A stretch of DNA of 64,000 nt from Selaginella moellendorffii (Eukaryota > Plantae > Lycopodiophyta), in the NCBI RefSeq assembly GCF_000143415.4, contig NW_003314345.1, positions 80,574-144,573 on the forward strand, given 5' to 3'. Of this stretch, positions 12,424 through 22,406 are shown one piece after another (within the stretch, counting starts at the first letter, position 1; each line of letters opens with the position of its first letter). The position numbers and the translations under genes were made by a program. The notes below the pieces were generated by a model that was given only the letters and a program-made list of their open reading frames with translations, did not search any database and was not told the DNA's origin.

Positions 12424-12486
<63 letters not shown>
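12423..12486. repeat. (TA)n microsatellite
   Basis: About 30 perfect TA units. Confidence 0.95.
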
Positions 12487-12490
<4 letters not shown>

Positions 12491-13058
12491 TAAAAAATAA
12501 CAAATATGGATGAAGGTTATCTCATTGACAACTGAAATATAGTTTAGTTTGAAATTTTAAATCTAAAGAAAGGTTTTATTTTATATTTATAATATTCTAA
12601 CATAATGAAAACCTTGACCAATTAAACACAAGGAAAAATTTAAATGAACAATAGTTATTTAGTATTTAGTAGTTATAATCAACTAAAGATAAAAACTAAG
12701 AATGTGCACTATTATGATAAAATTCTTTTATAAATAAGAACAAATATATCAATCACCACACTTTCTAGAGTTTTAATAAGTAAAATAATTTTGTGAGAAA
12801 GTACTATACAAAAAATTTATTTATTTCAAAAATAAATATCTGATTTCTTTATACTTATTTTTTAATTTATGAACTATGATAAATTTAATAAAAAATTCTA
12901 TTCAAAATATATACAATTTGTCTTAGAATCCCATGCTGATAATGGTGGATGAACATGCATATATAAAAGTTATGAGCATTTTGAAAAATCAATCAATATA
13001 GTGATTGATAATGTTTACTTGAACAACCTATATATAAATTTCAATTTTATTCATGTGA

Positions 13059-13122
13059 GTGAATGAATGAATGAATGAATGAATGAATGAATGTATATAT
13101 ACATATATATACATTCATTCAT
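13059..13122. repeat. (GAAT)n microsatellite with a short inverted (ATTC) copy
   Basis: Seen directly in the sequence. Confidence 0.8.
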
Positions 13123-14361
13123 ACCAATACAAGCTTGAAAACAAGAAATAAAATATACCTATCATGAGCCTTTATAAACTTCCTTTCAGCCAAGTATTCA
13201 TTTGGTGTTCTGTTGTATGAGCTTGACAGAATACTTGTGAAAGGATCATGTTTTGTCTTGTAACTTTGTTTAAATTATTAGATATAATAGCCACATTGCT
13301 GCTGCCATTGGCAGGCCTCCTCCCAAAATCCTGGCCATATGCTGTACAGTGGTAGATATCCTAGGTAATTGACCCAAATGTATTGGATGACTTATTATGA
13401 TTTGTTAATCCATATGGTCTGTGATGATAATCTCACATAGAAAACTAAACTCCTAAATTATCAATCACACCAGAAAATAAGGAGCATTACTAACTATTTC
13501 TTTTCTATATGAGCCTTTCCAAAGTGCTTGAAATTATATAATTATAAATAAAAGGTAGATTAGTAGGATCATATCAAAGGCTTTGGAAGGCTGTAGTGAA
13601 TAATAGCATTCATGAGCTTTACAATTATTTACTCCTTGGGAAGGTGTTTACAACCCAAAACTTGACTATGAAAAGACCATCATCATAAACCCAACTTAGT
13701 ATGCATGAGATGAACCAATTTAAGTGTTTTCTAAAACTGCAACTCTATTTTAAAGAGATTAGTAAGTCAGCCATGGGGGTCTTCTGATATACAAATATAT
13801 CAGAAGTAGATAAACTAAATGCCTCTTTAAACATTAGCAAAACAAATACAAGCCTCATGAAGAAAGATGGATGTAAGTTCATCTCCACACTGAGGAACCT
13901 CAAAGTAGCACCAAGTCCAGCAATGATGGCCTAGTAGCAGGCCCACACGGGCATGAGATAATATCTATCTATCATCTGTTTCTAGTCTCGTAGTGCCGGC
14001 CCATCGAGAAGCATGAGACATTATGCAATACAGTTCAGTTTATTACTTTGTCAAATTCTCCACCTCCTCCTCACCTCTTCCTCCCTTCGCCCTGCTGCTT
14101 GCTCTATCTCCTCAGATTCTTTTGCCTCAGTCTGGTGGTGTTTGTAGCCAAGTTCACGCCCGAGAGTGTCCATCATGTGATTGACGTGCCCTGTCTCTGT
14201 TACCTGGCACCAAAAAAGTAGCCATTAATAATATATTTGGGACATAATTTCTGTCCTTCAGAACACAGCAAGCACGAACAGGAGTGAATACTTAGTATCT
14301 AAGATAATTAGTAATACATAAGTATAAGATACATTTTGATGGTTTCACATCCAACAGAAAG

Positions 14362-15783
14362 ATGAGGTTTCCAGTAGCAGCCTATAATGGATCTCGTCCC
14401 AGCTTGGAGGTAGATCTCTTTGTTGCAAACAAGCTCATTGACATGTATGGAAGGTGTGGAAGCATAGGGGATGCACTGTCGGTCTTTCAAAGCCTCAAAG
14501 AACGGGACTTCTTCTCATGGCACTTTCTGCTCTACGGCTATATCCACAACAGGTATATAGAGGAGGCTAAACTCCTTTTTACTCGAATGCCATACAGGGA
14601 CATTGTCTCCTGGACTGCTATGTTAGCTGCGTATGCCAAGAGCAACCGTTTGGAGGAAGCAAAGGAGATCTTTGACATGATGCCCCTGAGAAATCTCTTC
14701 TCTTGGACGTCGATGCTGGTTGCGTATGCCCGAAATGGGCATTTGCTTGACGCAAAAATTATGTTTCTTGAGTCCCCTGAGACCGACATGGTATCTTGGA
14801 CAGCGTTGCTCACGGCGTACGCGCAAAATGGTTCTGTTAAGAGCGCCATAAACGTTTTTGAAGAGATGCCCGAACACGACATTGTTGCCTGGAACGCTAT
14901 CCTAGCTGCCTGTGCCCAAAACGGGCATACGGAACTGGCTCTAGCAACTTTCTCCAGAATGCCCGAGAGGAGTTTGACCTCGTGGAACACAATGCTGGCA
15001 GAAGGACCACAGCTGCATTCGTCCGACCAAGTATCTCAAATCTTCAAGGAAATGCCAGAGACTAACCTTATCTCCTGGACTTCTTTGCTAGCAGCTCACG
15101 CTCGGGACGGGCATCTGGAGTTATCAAAGTGTACCTTTGACTCCATGCCTGAGTGGAGCACTGTGACCTGGAACGCACTTCTTTCGGTTTACAGCCGTGG
15201 AGATTCGACAGAGCAGACCGACAGCTTGTTTGGCAGAATACCAGAACCGGATCTCGTCTCGTGGAATGCACTCTTGGCATCATACGCTCGTAACAGCCAC
15301 GTTTCTAATGTGATCGACGTCTTCCACCAAATGCCGGCTCGAAACATTATCTCATGGACTACGGCTTTGGGTGCCTTGATCCAAGACGGGAACCTGGAAC
15401 TTGCTTCGAGGATGCTAGACCAAATGCCCGAGACCGATCTCATCTCAGTCAGCCAGCTTCTCTCCGGTTATGCTGTAAACGGACATATGCTTGAGGCATT
15501 TCAGATGTTCTTCGCAGCAAACCTCGTCTATGCTATCGACCAAGCTTGCTTTGTTTCGTTCCTGATCGCGTGCAGCCACGTTGGTTCGCTGGATCTCGCA
15601 AGGTCCTACTTTCTGTCGATGGCGGGCGACTTTGGGATCCAATCCACAAGGCAGCACTATTGCTGTCTAGTCGATCTTCTAGCCAGGTCGGGCTACTTGG
15701 ACGATGCCAGAGAGCTCATCCACACAATGCCATTTTTTCCCGGAACTTTGGAATGGACGTGCTTGCACTCCGTCCGTGCGTGA
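14362..15783 (+). CDS. PLS-class PPR protein with tandem short motifs, truncated in the E domain
   Basis: Repeated ~31-aa units (MP.RD.VSW..ML.AYA.NG), then HYCCLVDLLARSG and MPFFPG..W. Confidence 0.9.
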   Translation: MRFPVAAYNGSRPSLEVDLFVANKLIDMYGRCGSIGDALSVFQSLKERDFFSWHFLLYGYIHNRYIEEAKLLFTRMPYRDIVSWTAMLAAYAKSNRLEEAKEIFDMMPLRNLFSWTSMLVAYARNGHLLDAKIMFLESPETDMVSWTALLTAYAQNGSVKSAINVFEEMPEHDIVAWNAILAACAQNGHTELALATFSRMPERSLTSWNTMLAEGPQLHSSDQVSQIFKEMPETNLISWTSLLAAHARDGHLELSKCTFDSMPEWSTVTWNALLSVYSRGDSTEQTDSLFGRIPEPDLVSWNALLASYARNSHVSNVIDVFHQMPARNIISWTTALGALIQDGNLELASRMLDQMPETDLISVSQLLSGYAVNGHMLEAFQMFFAANLVYAIDQACFVSFLIACSHVGSLDLARSYFLSMAGDFGIQSTRQHYCCLVDLLARSGYLDDARELIHTMPFFPGTLEWTCLHSVRA

Positions 15784-17468
15784 TCAATCTTATTGCTAGT
15801 TTGCGAGAGAATTTTCCATGTTATATTATCAGCTTCGACAGGCATCTCTTCCATCATGGTCATGGCCTCGTCAAGCTCATCCGCCCTGGCAAGAAGATCA
15901 ATGACACAATGGTAATGAGCCGTGCTTGGTCGGACTTCATACCAGGAAGACATGAGCTGCAACCAAAGCTTCCCCTCCTTGACGAGGCCGCAGTGGTTGC
16001 ACACAGCGAGAATGGACAAGAAGGTTGCACTGTCTGGCTTCAAGCCTGCATCTATCAGTTGATAAAACTCTTCAAACACGAGTGTGGAGTCTCCCTTTTG
16101 ACTATAACCTTCCAGTAGCGCATTCCAGCCTACCAAGTTCCTCTTCAAGGACGTGGAGTCGAAAACATGCTGAGCGGCAGCCATGTTGCCACATTTGCCG
16201 TAGAGATCGAGCAAACAAGTGAGCAGGACACTGTCAGGCTCAAATCCACGCCTGTGAATCTCGCGGTGGATCGTTTTTCCAAGTTGCAATGAAGGAAGGA
16301 TCGCACAGGCCTTGAGTGCACAGGAGCACGTCCAAAGATCTGGCCTGCATTGCAGATCACCAGACACCATCTCCTGGTATAACTCTAGAGCCAAGTGGGC
16401 TTCACCACTTTCAACATACCCGAGAAGCATAGTGTTCCATGAAACACAGTCCCGGAGACGCTCTTGAATGTTGTCGAAGGCAGTGCGTGCGTCCACCAAG
16501 CTACCACACTTGGAATACATGTCAACCACACAATTGGCGACATAAACATCTGACACAAACCTCCTCCTTGCAGCCTCTGAGTGCAGTGCCATGCCTTTCT
16601 CGAGACTTTTCACCTTGACAAGTTCTCCATCGCCGAGCTCACATCCATCTTCCTTTCTCGCAAGGTTTGAGCAAGCTTTCAGCGCTACAACGAAAGTCCG
16701 AGAGTTTGATGCTGCACACGAGGAAACGTGAGAGCTGGACTCGAGGGACTCAAACAGCTCCAGAGCAATCTCACCTTGATCGTTGTCAACATATCCCAGC
16801 ATCAGTGTGTTCCATGAAACCACGTCGAGTGTTTCCATCTCTTCGAAGGCTCGCCTCGCATCTTGCATGCTCCCACACTTGGAGTACATGTCGATGAGGC
16901 TGCTTCCAACGTAAAAATCCCTCAAGACGAGGTTTTGCATTCGAGATCGAGCGTGAATCGCCATTCCCCTCTCCAAGCTTGTCATCTTCCAGGGATTTGC
17001 TCCTTCTTCCTCAGCAAGGCTCGTGACGGCCTTAAGAACCGCGACGAAAGTGCGACCATTCGCCACGCACTCCGCTTCCATGGCAAGGAAAAGCTCCAGA
17101 GCTCTTTCGGAAAAATGCCCGCTCACAGCATATGCTCGAATGAGCGCATTCCATGCAATGGCGTCGCGGTGCTTCATCTTGTGGAACACTTTGCTGGCGT
17201 CCACGAGACTGCCACACCTGGAGTAGACGGTGACAAGGCTGCTAGCAACGTAGAGATCGTCTTCCAAACCATTGTCGATAACACTAGCATGGATTTTCCT
17301 TGCCTCGCCTATATCTCTACAGGACTTGAGCTGCGACAGCACGAGCGCGACACCTCTCACACTTGCATTGCTCGAGTGCTGGAATGAAGCCACCGGCCAT
17401 GGCTGCATTGCCCAGCTGGAGATGTCAAGGACAAGGAAGCTAAGTTTTGCTATGGTGAAACAGGACAC
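15693..17468 (-). CDS. PLS-class PPR protein, truncated in the E domain; overlaps the + strand PPR
   Basis: Repeated LIDMYSKCGS..DAR..F and SWNTLMLGY units, then HYHCVIDLLARA and MPVEADNITW. Confidence 0.9.
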   Translation of the reverse strand: MSCFTIAKLSFLVLDISSWAMQPWPVASFQHSSNASVRGVALVLSQLKSCRDIGEARKIHASVIDNGLEDDLYVASSLVTVYSRCGSLVDASKVFHKMKHRDAIAWNALIRAYAVSGHFSERALELFLAMEAECVANGRTFVAVLKAVTSLAEEEGANPWKMTSLERGMAIHARSRMQNLVLRDFYVGSSLIDMYSKCGSMQDARRAFEEMETLDVVSWNTLMLGYVDNDQGEIALELFESLESSSHVSSCAASNSRTFVVALKACSNLARKEDGCELGDGELVKVKSLEKGMALHSEAARRRFVSDVYVANCVVDMYSKCGSLVDARTAFDNIQERLRDCVSWNTMLLGYVESGEAHLALELYQEMVSGDLQCRPDLWTCSCALKACAILPSLQLGKTIHREIHRRGFEPDSVLLTCLLDLYGKCGNMAAAQHVFDSTSLKRNLVGWNALLEGYSQKGDSTLVFEEFYQLIDAGLKPDSATFLSILAVCNHCGLVKEGKLWLQLMSSWYEVRPSTAHYHCVIDLLARADELDEAMTMMEEMPVEADNITWKILSQTSNKIDHARTECKHVHSKVPGKNGIVWMSSLASSK

Positions 17469-17599
17469 AGATTAGGTCATTGTTCGCAACCTCTTAAGGA
17501 TATTTTCTTTATGTTTCCCAATCGCAGATTGTTTCCTCTGCAAGAAAGGTCAGAATTGTCCAAGAAACACTTGTGGAATCTATCCAAAGGTATGTGAAT

Positions 17600-18290
17600 G
17601 CTGCTTGACTTCACTGGGACTGTTTCAGGGTGGATGCTGCAAGCTATGCGGCGAGGTCACTCATCTAGGCAGGGATTGCCCACGAAAACTAAAGACACAA
17701 AAATAAGTGAGTACTGAGTGCGGTTTAGATCCAATCCAAACTCACCTTTTACGACTTTGCAGGCAAGGATGTGGCCCAAAGCGGCGAGAAGCGTATTGTT
17801 TATAAAAGCGGTGATGATCTAAGCATTCGTTCTTAAATATGTAGCAAGCTCCCAGATAACTAACCATGTGAAATTGAAAAGGTAACACCCTCCAGCAGTG
17901 AATTTCGGATCACCCAAAGGGCTCTCCTGTTCCATGAAGCGAGAAGCGTGTCCCTTCTTCATGCCATAACGGGTGCTCAAGACGGACGAGCTGCCCCTGC
18001 GGAGCTCGGCCAAAGTCTTTCTAGTTGCCTCTAAGGCGTCTGCGTACTCAAAAAGCCCGTGACCATCTAAGAAAGCTCTCAGCTCCAAGGCATTCTGCAA
18101 CGACATCTAGGCCAAGTAAAGTTTTGTTGATGCGTGTACTTATCTGCTGCTGTTTAGTGAGCCCCAGAGATTTCATATCGTTCTTGGTCATGGACTTGAG
18201 TGAGTGGACGTCGTCGTAGCCATTTGTGGTGAAGATCTTACTGCTTCCCGCGAGAACACCGTTGCCAAGGTACTCCTCGAGAGTCTGCAT
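17600..18290 (-). CDS. Spliced gene or fragment with tandem SAM-like helical domains (plant uncharacterised family)
   Basis: EEYLGNGVL..GYDDVHSLKSM..DMKSLGL and LRAFLDGHGLFEYADALE..YGMKKGHASRFM. The 3' boundary is uncertain. Confidence 0.5.
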
Positions 18291-18680
18291 TTTGTGCTTT
18301 TCCTAGATAGGATCTGTGAACCTCCTGACTCGTTTTTAAACTCAAATCTGACGCCTTGCAACAGTGTTTCATACTCTTCAAAGTCGCCATTTTTACTTGT
18401 TCCTTCACCTCTATCCTGATGAATTGTCCGCTCTTGTCAAAATTGTCCAGACTCGAAAAATTTGAGAGTGACTGCTTAGCCGACCTTGAGATTTCTTAAG
18501 GTATTTGCGAGAACGATTCTAAGCACCTGTATCGGGATGATATCAGTTGCAAACAGGTAACGTTAATATTTTTATCAACCTTGGACTTACTTGCTCGTAT
18601 CCCTCTTGATCCTTTGTAGCCTTCGAAAAAACTTTCGCATTTTTTCGTTCCTTTTTAATTTTGAACAGGCCAAGTGAAAG

Positions 18681-19010
18681 CTAGTGACAGGATTTCCACA
18701 GTGGCACGAACTTAGTTACATTGACGCAGCCCTTCTGGAGCTCTTGGCTGCACAGACATGGCAGAGAAAATCGCAAGAGGCTCGAGCAGCACTCGTTCAA
18801 CACGCCGCTTCTCAAGCTCCCGAAAACCTCTCGCTGGTTTTGGGACGAAAGCGAGCGCAATGTCTTGACAATCCTCTTGGAGCATCCAGAAGCCGTGGCT
18901 AAGACACTCTTACCATCACACCTTTTGGAGCGATCGTCACGGGCATACCCATAGCTTAGCAGTGCCGCAGCCACCACGAGCACTATCACCATCGTCCTCA
19001 ACTGCATCAT
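18681..19010 (-). CDS. Small secreted Cys-rich protein, prolamin/nsLTP-like 8-Cys motif
   Basis: Signal peptide MMQLRTMVIVLVVAAALLSYGYA; C..C..CC..CLC..C..C pattern. Confidence 0.7.
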   Translation of the reverse strand: MMQLRTMVIVLVVAAALLSYGYARDDRSKRCDGKSVLATASGCSKRIVKTLRSLSSQNQREVFGSLRSGVLNECCSSLLRFSLPCLCSQELQKGCVNVTKFVPLWKSCH

Positions 19011-19159
19011 CACTCTCTCTCTCTCTCTGTTTTGAACACTCACATTGTTTGTTCCTTTTCTATGGTGCTCAGTGTGACACATGTCCGAGAAAAACCATTA
19101 CTTCATTTCACATTTTCTCTCACCTGTTGGGATTGCATTGCAGTACCTAGAGTTTGGAG

Positions 19160-19492
19160 ATGAAGAGTGTGTTCTCCCTTCTTTTTGTCACAAGCTTGGC
19201 TGTTCTCCTCGCGGATGCGCAAGGGAGGGACTGCAACAAGGCGGAGATCGTCGACCTGGCAACACGGTGCTCCAATGGCTTACTTGGCGCGCTCGAGCCA
19301 CTACCACGCGTGATTGGTCCGACCACTGATCTGTGGCCCGCATTCCAGTTGGTTGGCCGCCTTCTCCAGAGCTGCTGTGGCACTTTAGTGGTGAGTTACA
19401 ACACGAGCTGCTTGTATTCTCCTAGTGTCTCTTCTGGCAATCGCTGCATGGATGTGAAGAGCTTGGTAAATCTATGTGGGAGAGAATGTTAG
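19160..19492 (+). CDS. Small secreted Cys-rich protein, prolamin/nsLTP-like
   Basis: Signal peptide MKSVFSLLFVTSLAVLLADA; C..C..CC..C..C..C..C pattern. Confidence 0.65.
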   Translation: MKSVFSLLFVTSLAVLLADAQGRDCNKAEIVDLATRCSNGLLGALEPLPRVIGPTTDLWPAFQLVGRLLQSCCGTLVVSYNTSCLYSPSVSSGNRCMDVKSLVNLCGREC

Positions 19493-19799
19493 TTAGCTTG
19501 GAGCTATGGTGTGGCTCCATTGCAAGAAAGATATATATATATATATATATAAAACACACACACACAAACTCACATGGAACAATGAGCTTGTAAACCAAAC
19601 AAAGGTGATTGATTTGCTTGAGGTGATCTTTTACCATAGTCTTGCTAGAAGATCACTCAGGTATATAAACTACACAAATTCCATTTGTAGGAGAATTGGT
19701 AACTCAAAGAATAATTAATAGAGCAAGTTTTTGTTTCTGTTATATTTTCATCCATTTAAACCTCAATTAATATACTTATTCCCATGTTAGTCTTTTAAG

Positions 19800-22258
19800 A
19801 TGGGACTTCTTATCCTGGCACTTTATGCTTTACAGTTATATCCACAACGAGTATATAAAAAAGGCTAAGCTCCTTTTTACTCCAATGTCACACAGGGGCA
19901 TTGTCTCCTGGACTGCTATTCTAGCTGCGTATGCCAAGAGAAAGGAAGCCAAGGAGGTCTTTGACATGATGCCCCTGAGAAATCTCTTCCCCTGGACGTT
20001 GATGCTGGTTGCGCATTTGCTTGACACAAAACTTATGTTTCTTGACTCCCCTGAGCCGACATGGTATCTTGGACGGCGAAGAGATGCCCAAACACGACAT
20101 TGTTGCCTGGAACGCTATCCTAGCTGCCTGTGCCCAAAACGGGTTTATGGAACTGGCTCTAGCAACTTTCTCCAGAATGCCCGAGAGGAGTTTGACCTCG
20201 TGCAACACAATATTAGCAGAAGGACCACGGCTACATTCGTCTGACCACTCTTCAACGAAATGCCAGAAACTAACCTTATCTCCTGGACTTCAGCTCACGC
20301 TCGGGACGGCCATCTGGAGTTATCAAAGTGTACCTTTGACTCCATGCCCGAGTGGAGCACTGTGACCTGGAACGCATTTCTTTCGGTTTACAGCAGTGGA
20401 GATTCGACAGAGCAGACCGACAGCTTGTTTCACAGAAAACCAGAACCTGGCATCATACGCTCGAAACAGCCACGTTTCTAATGTGATCGACGTCTTCCAC
20501 CAAATGCCGGCTCGAAACATTATTTCATGGACTACGGCTTTAGGTGCCTTGATCCAAGACGGGAACCTGGAACTTGCTTCGAGGATGCTAAACCAAATGC
20601 CCGAGACCGATCTCATCTCCGTCAGCCAGCTTCTCTCCGGTTATGCTGTAAACGGACATATGCTTGAGGCATTTCAGGTGTTCTTCGCAGCAAACCTAGC
20701 CAGGTCGGGCTACTTGGACGATGCCAGAGAGCTCATCCACACAATGCCATTTTTTCCCGGAACTTTGGAGTGGACGTGCTTGCACTCCGTCCGTGCGTGA
20801 TCAATCTTATTGCTAGTTTGCGAGAGAATTTTCCATGTTATATTATCAGCTTCGACAGGCATCTCTTCCATCATGATCATGGCCTCGTCAAGCTCATCCG
20901 CCCTGGCAAGAAGATCAATGACACAATGGTAATGAGCCGTGCTTGGCAGGACTTCATACCAGGAAGACATAAGCCGGAACCAAAGCTTCCCCTCCTTGAC
21001 GAGGCCGCAGTGGTTGCACACAGCGAGAATGGACAAGAAGGTTGCACTGTCTGGCTTCAAGCCTGCATCTAACAGTTGATAAAACTCTTCAAACACGACG
21101 ATCAAGGTGAGATTGCTCTGGAGCTGTTTGAGTCTCTCAGAGTCTGGCTCTCACGTTTCCTCATGTGCAGCATCGAACTCTTGGACTTTCATTGCAACAC
21201 TGAAAGCTTGCTCTAACCTTGCGAGAAAGGAAGATGGATGTGAGCTCGGCAATGGAGGAAAACTTGTCAAGATGATGGCACTGCACGCAAGGTTGACATG
21301 TATTTCAAGTGTGGTAGCTTGGTGGACGCACGCACTGACATTCAAGAGCGTCTCCAGGACTATGTTTCATGGAACACTATGCTTCTTGGGTATGTTGAAG
21401 CCCACTTAGCTCTAGAGTTATACCAGGAGATGGTGTCTGGTGATCGGCGATGCAGGCCAGATCTTTGGACGTGCTCCTGTGCACTCAAGGCCTGTGTGAT
21501 CCTTCCTTCGTTGCAACTTGGAAAAACGATCCACCGCGAGATTCACAGGCATGCTCACTTGTTTGCTCGATCTCTTGGCAAATGTGGCAACATGGCTGCC
21601 GCTCAACATGTTTTCGACTCCACGTCCTTGAAGAAGAACTTGGTAAGCTGGAATGCTCTACTGGAACGATATAGTCAGGAGGGAGACTCCACTCTCGTCA
21701 GCATATCCCAGCATCAGCGTGTTCCATGAAACCACGTCCATCTCTTCGAAGGCTCGCCTTGCGTCTTGCATGCTCCCACACTTGGAGTACATGTCGATGA
21801 GGCTGCTTCCAACGTAAAAATCCCTCGAGATGAGGCTTTGCATTCGAGATCGAGCATGAATCGCCATTCCCCTCTCCAAGCTTGTCATCTTCCAGGGATT
21901 TGCTCCTTCCGCAGCAAGGCTCGTGACGGGTGACGAAAGTGCGACCATTCGCCATGCACTCCAGTTCCATGGCAAGGAAAAGCTCATGCCCGCTCACAGC
22001 ATAAGCTCGAATGAGCGCATTCCATGCAATGGCGTCGCGGTGCTTCATCTTGTGGAACACTTTGCTGGCGTCCACGAGACTGCCACACCTGGAGTAGACC
22101 GTGACAAGGTTGCTAGCAACGTAGAGATCGTCTTCCAAACCACTAGCATGGATTCTCCTTGCCTCGTCTATATCTGTGCACGAAAGGACGAGCACGATAT
22201 GTCTCACACTTGCATTGCTCGAGTGATGGAATGAAGCCACCGGCCATGGCTGCATTGC
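19800..22258. pseudogene. Decayed duplicate of the PPR pair at ~14500-17410, with an internal inversion
   Basis: Near-identical blocks with many small deletions and frameshifts. 21098-21695 is the reverse complement of ~16082-16782. Confidence 0.92.
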
Positions 22259-22406
22259 ACGAAGAGCTATGGAGAGCTCGAAAACTGGAACTATATTTCA
22301 TGCGAAAAGGGAGCCCATCAACATTATATGGAGGGAAAAAAAGAAGCTCGAGCGAAAAAAGAACGAAGAACAAGAAGAGGAAGAAGAAAAGAGAGAGTAT
22401 AGAGCG

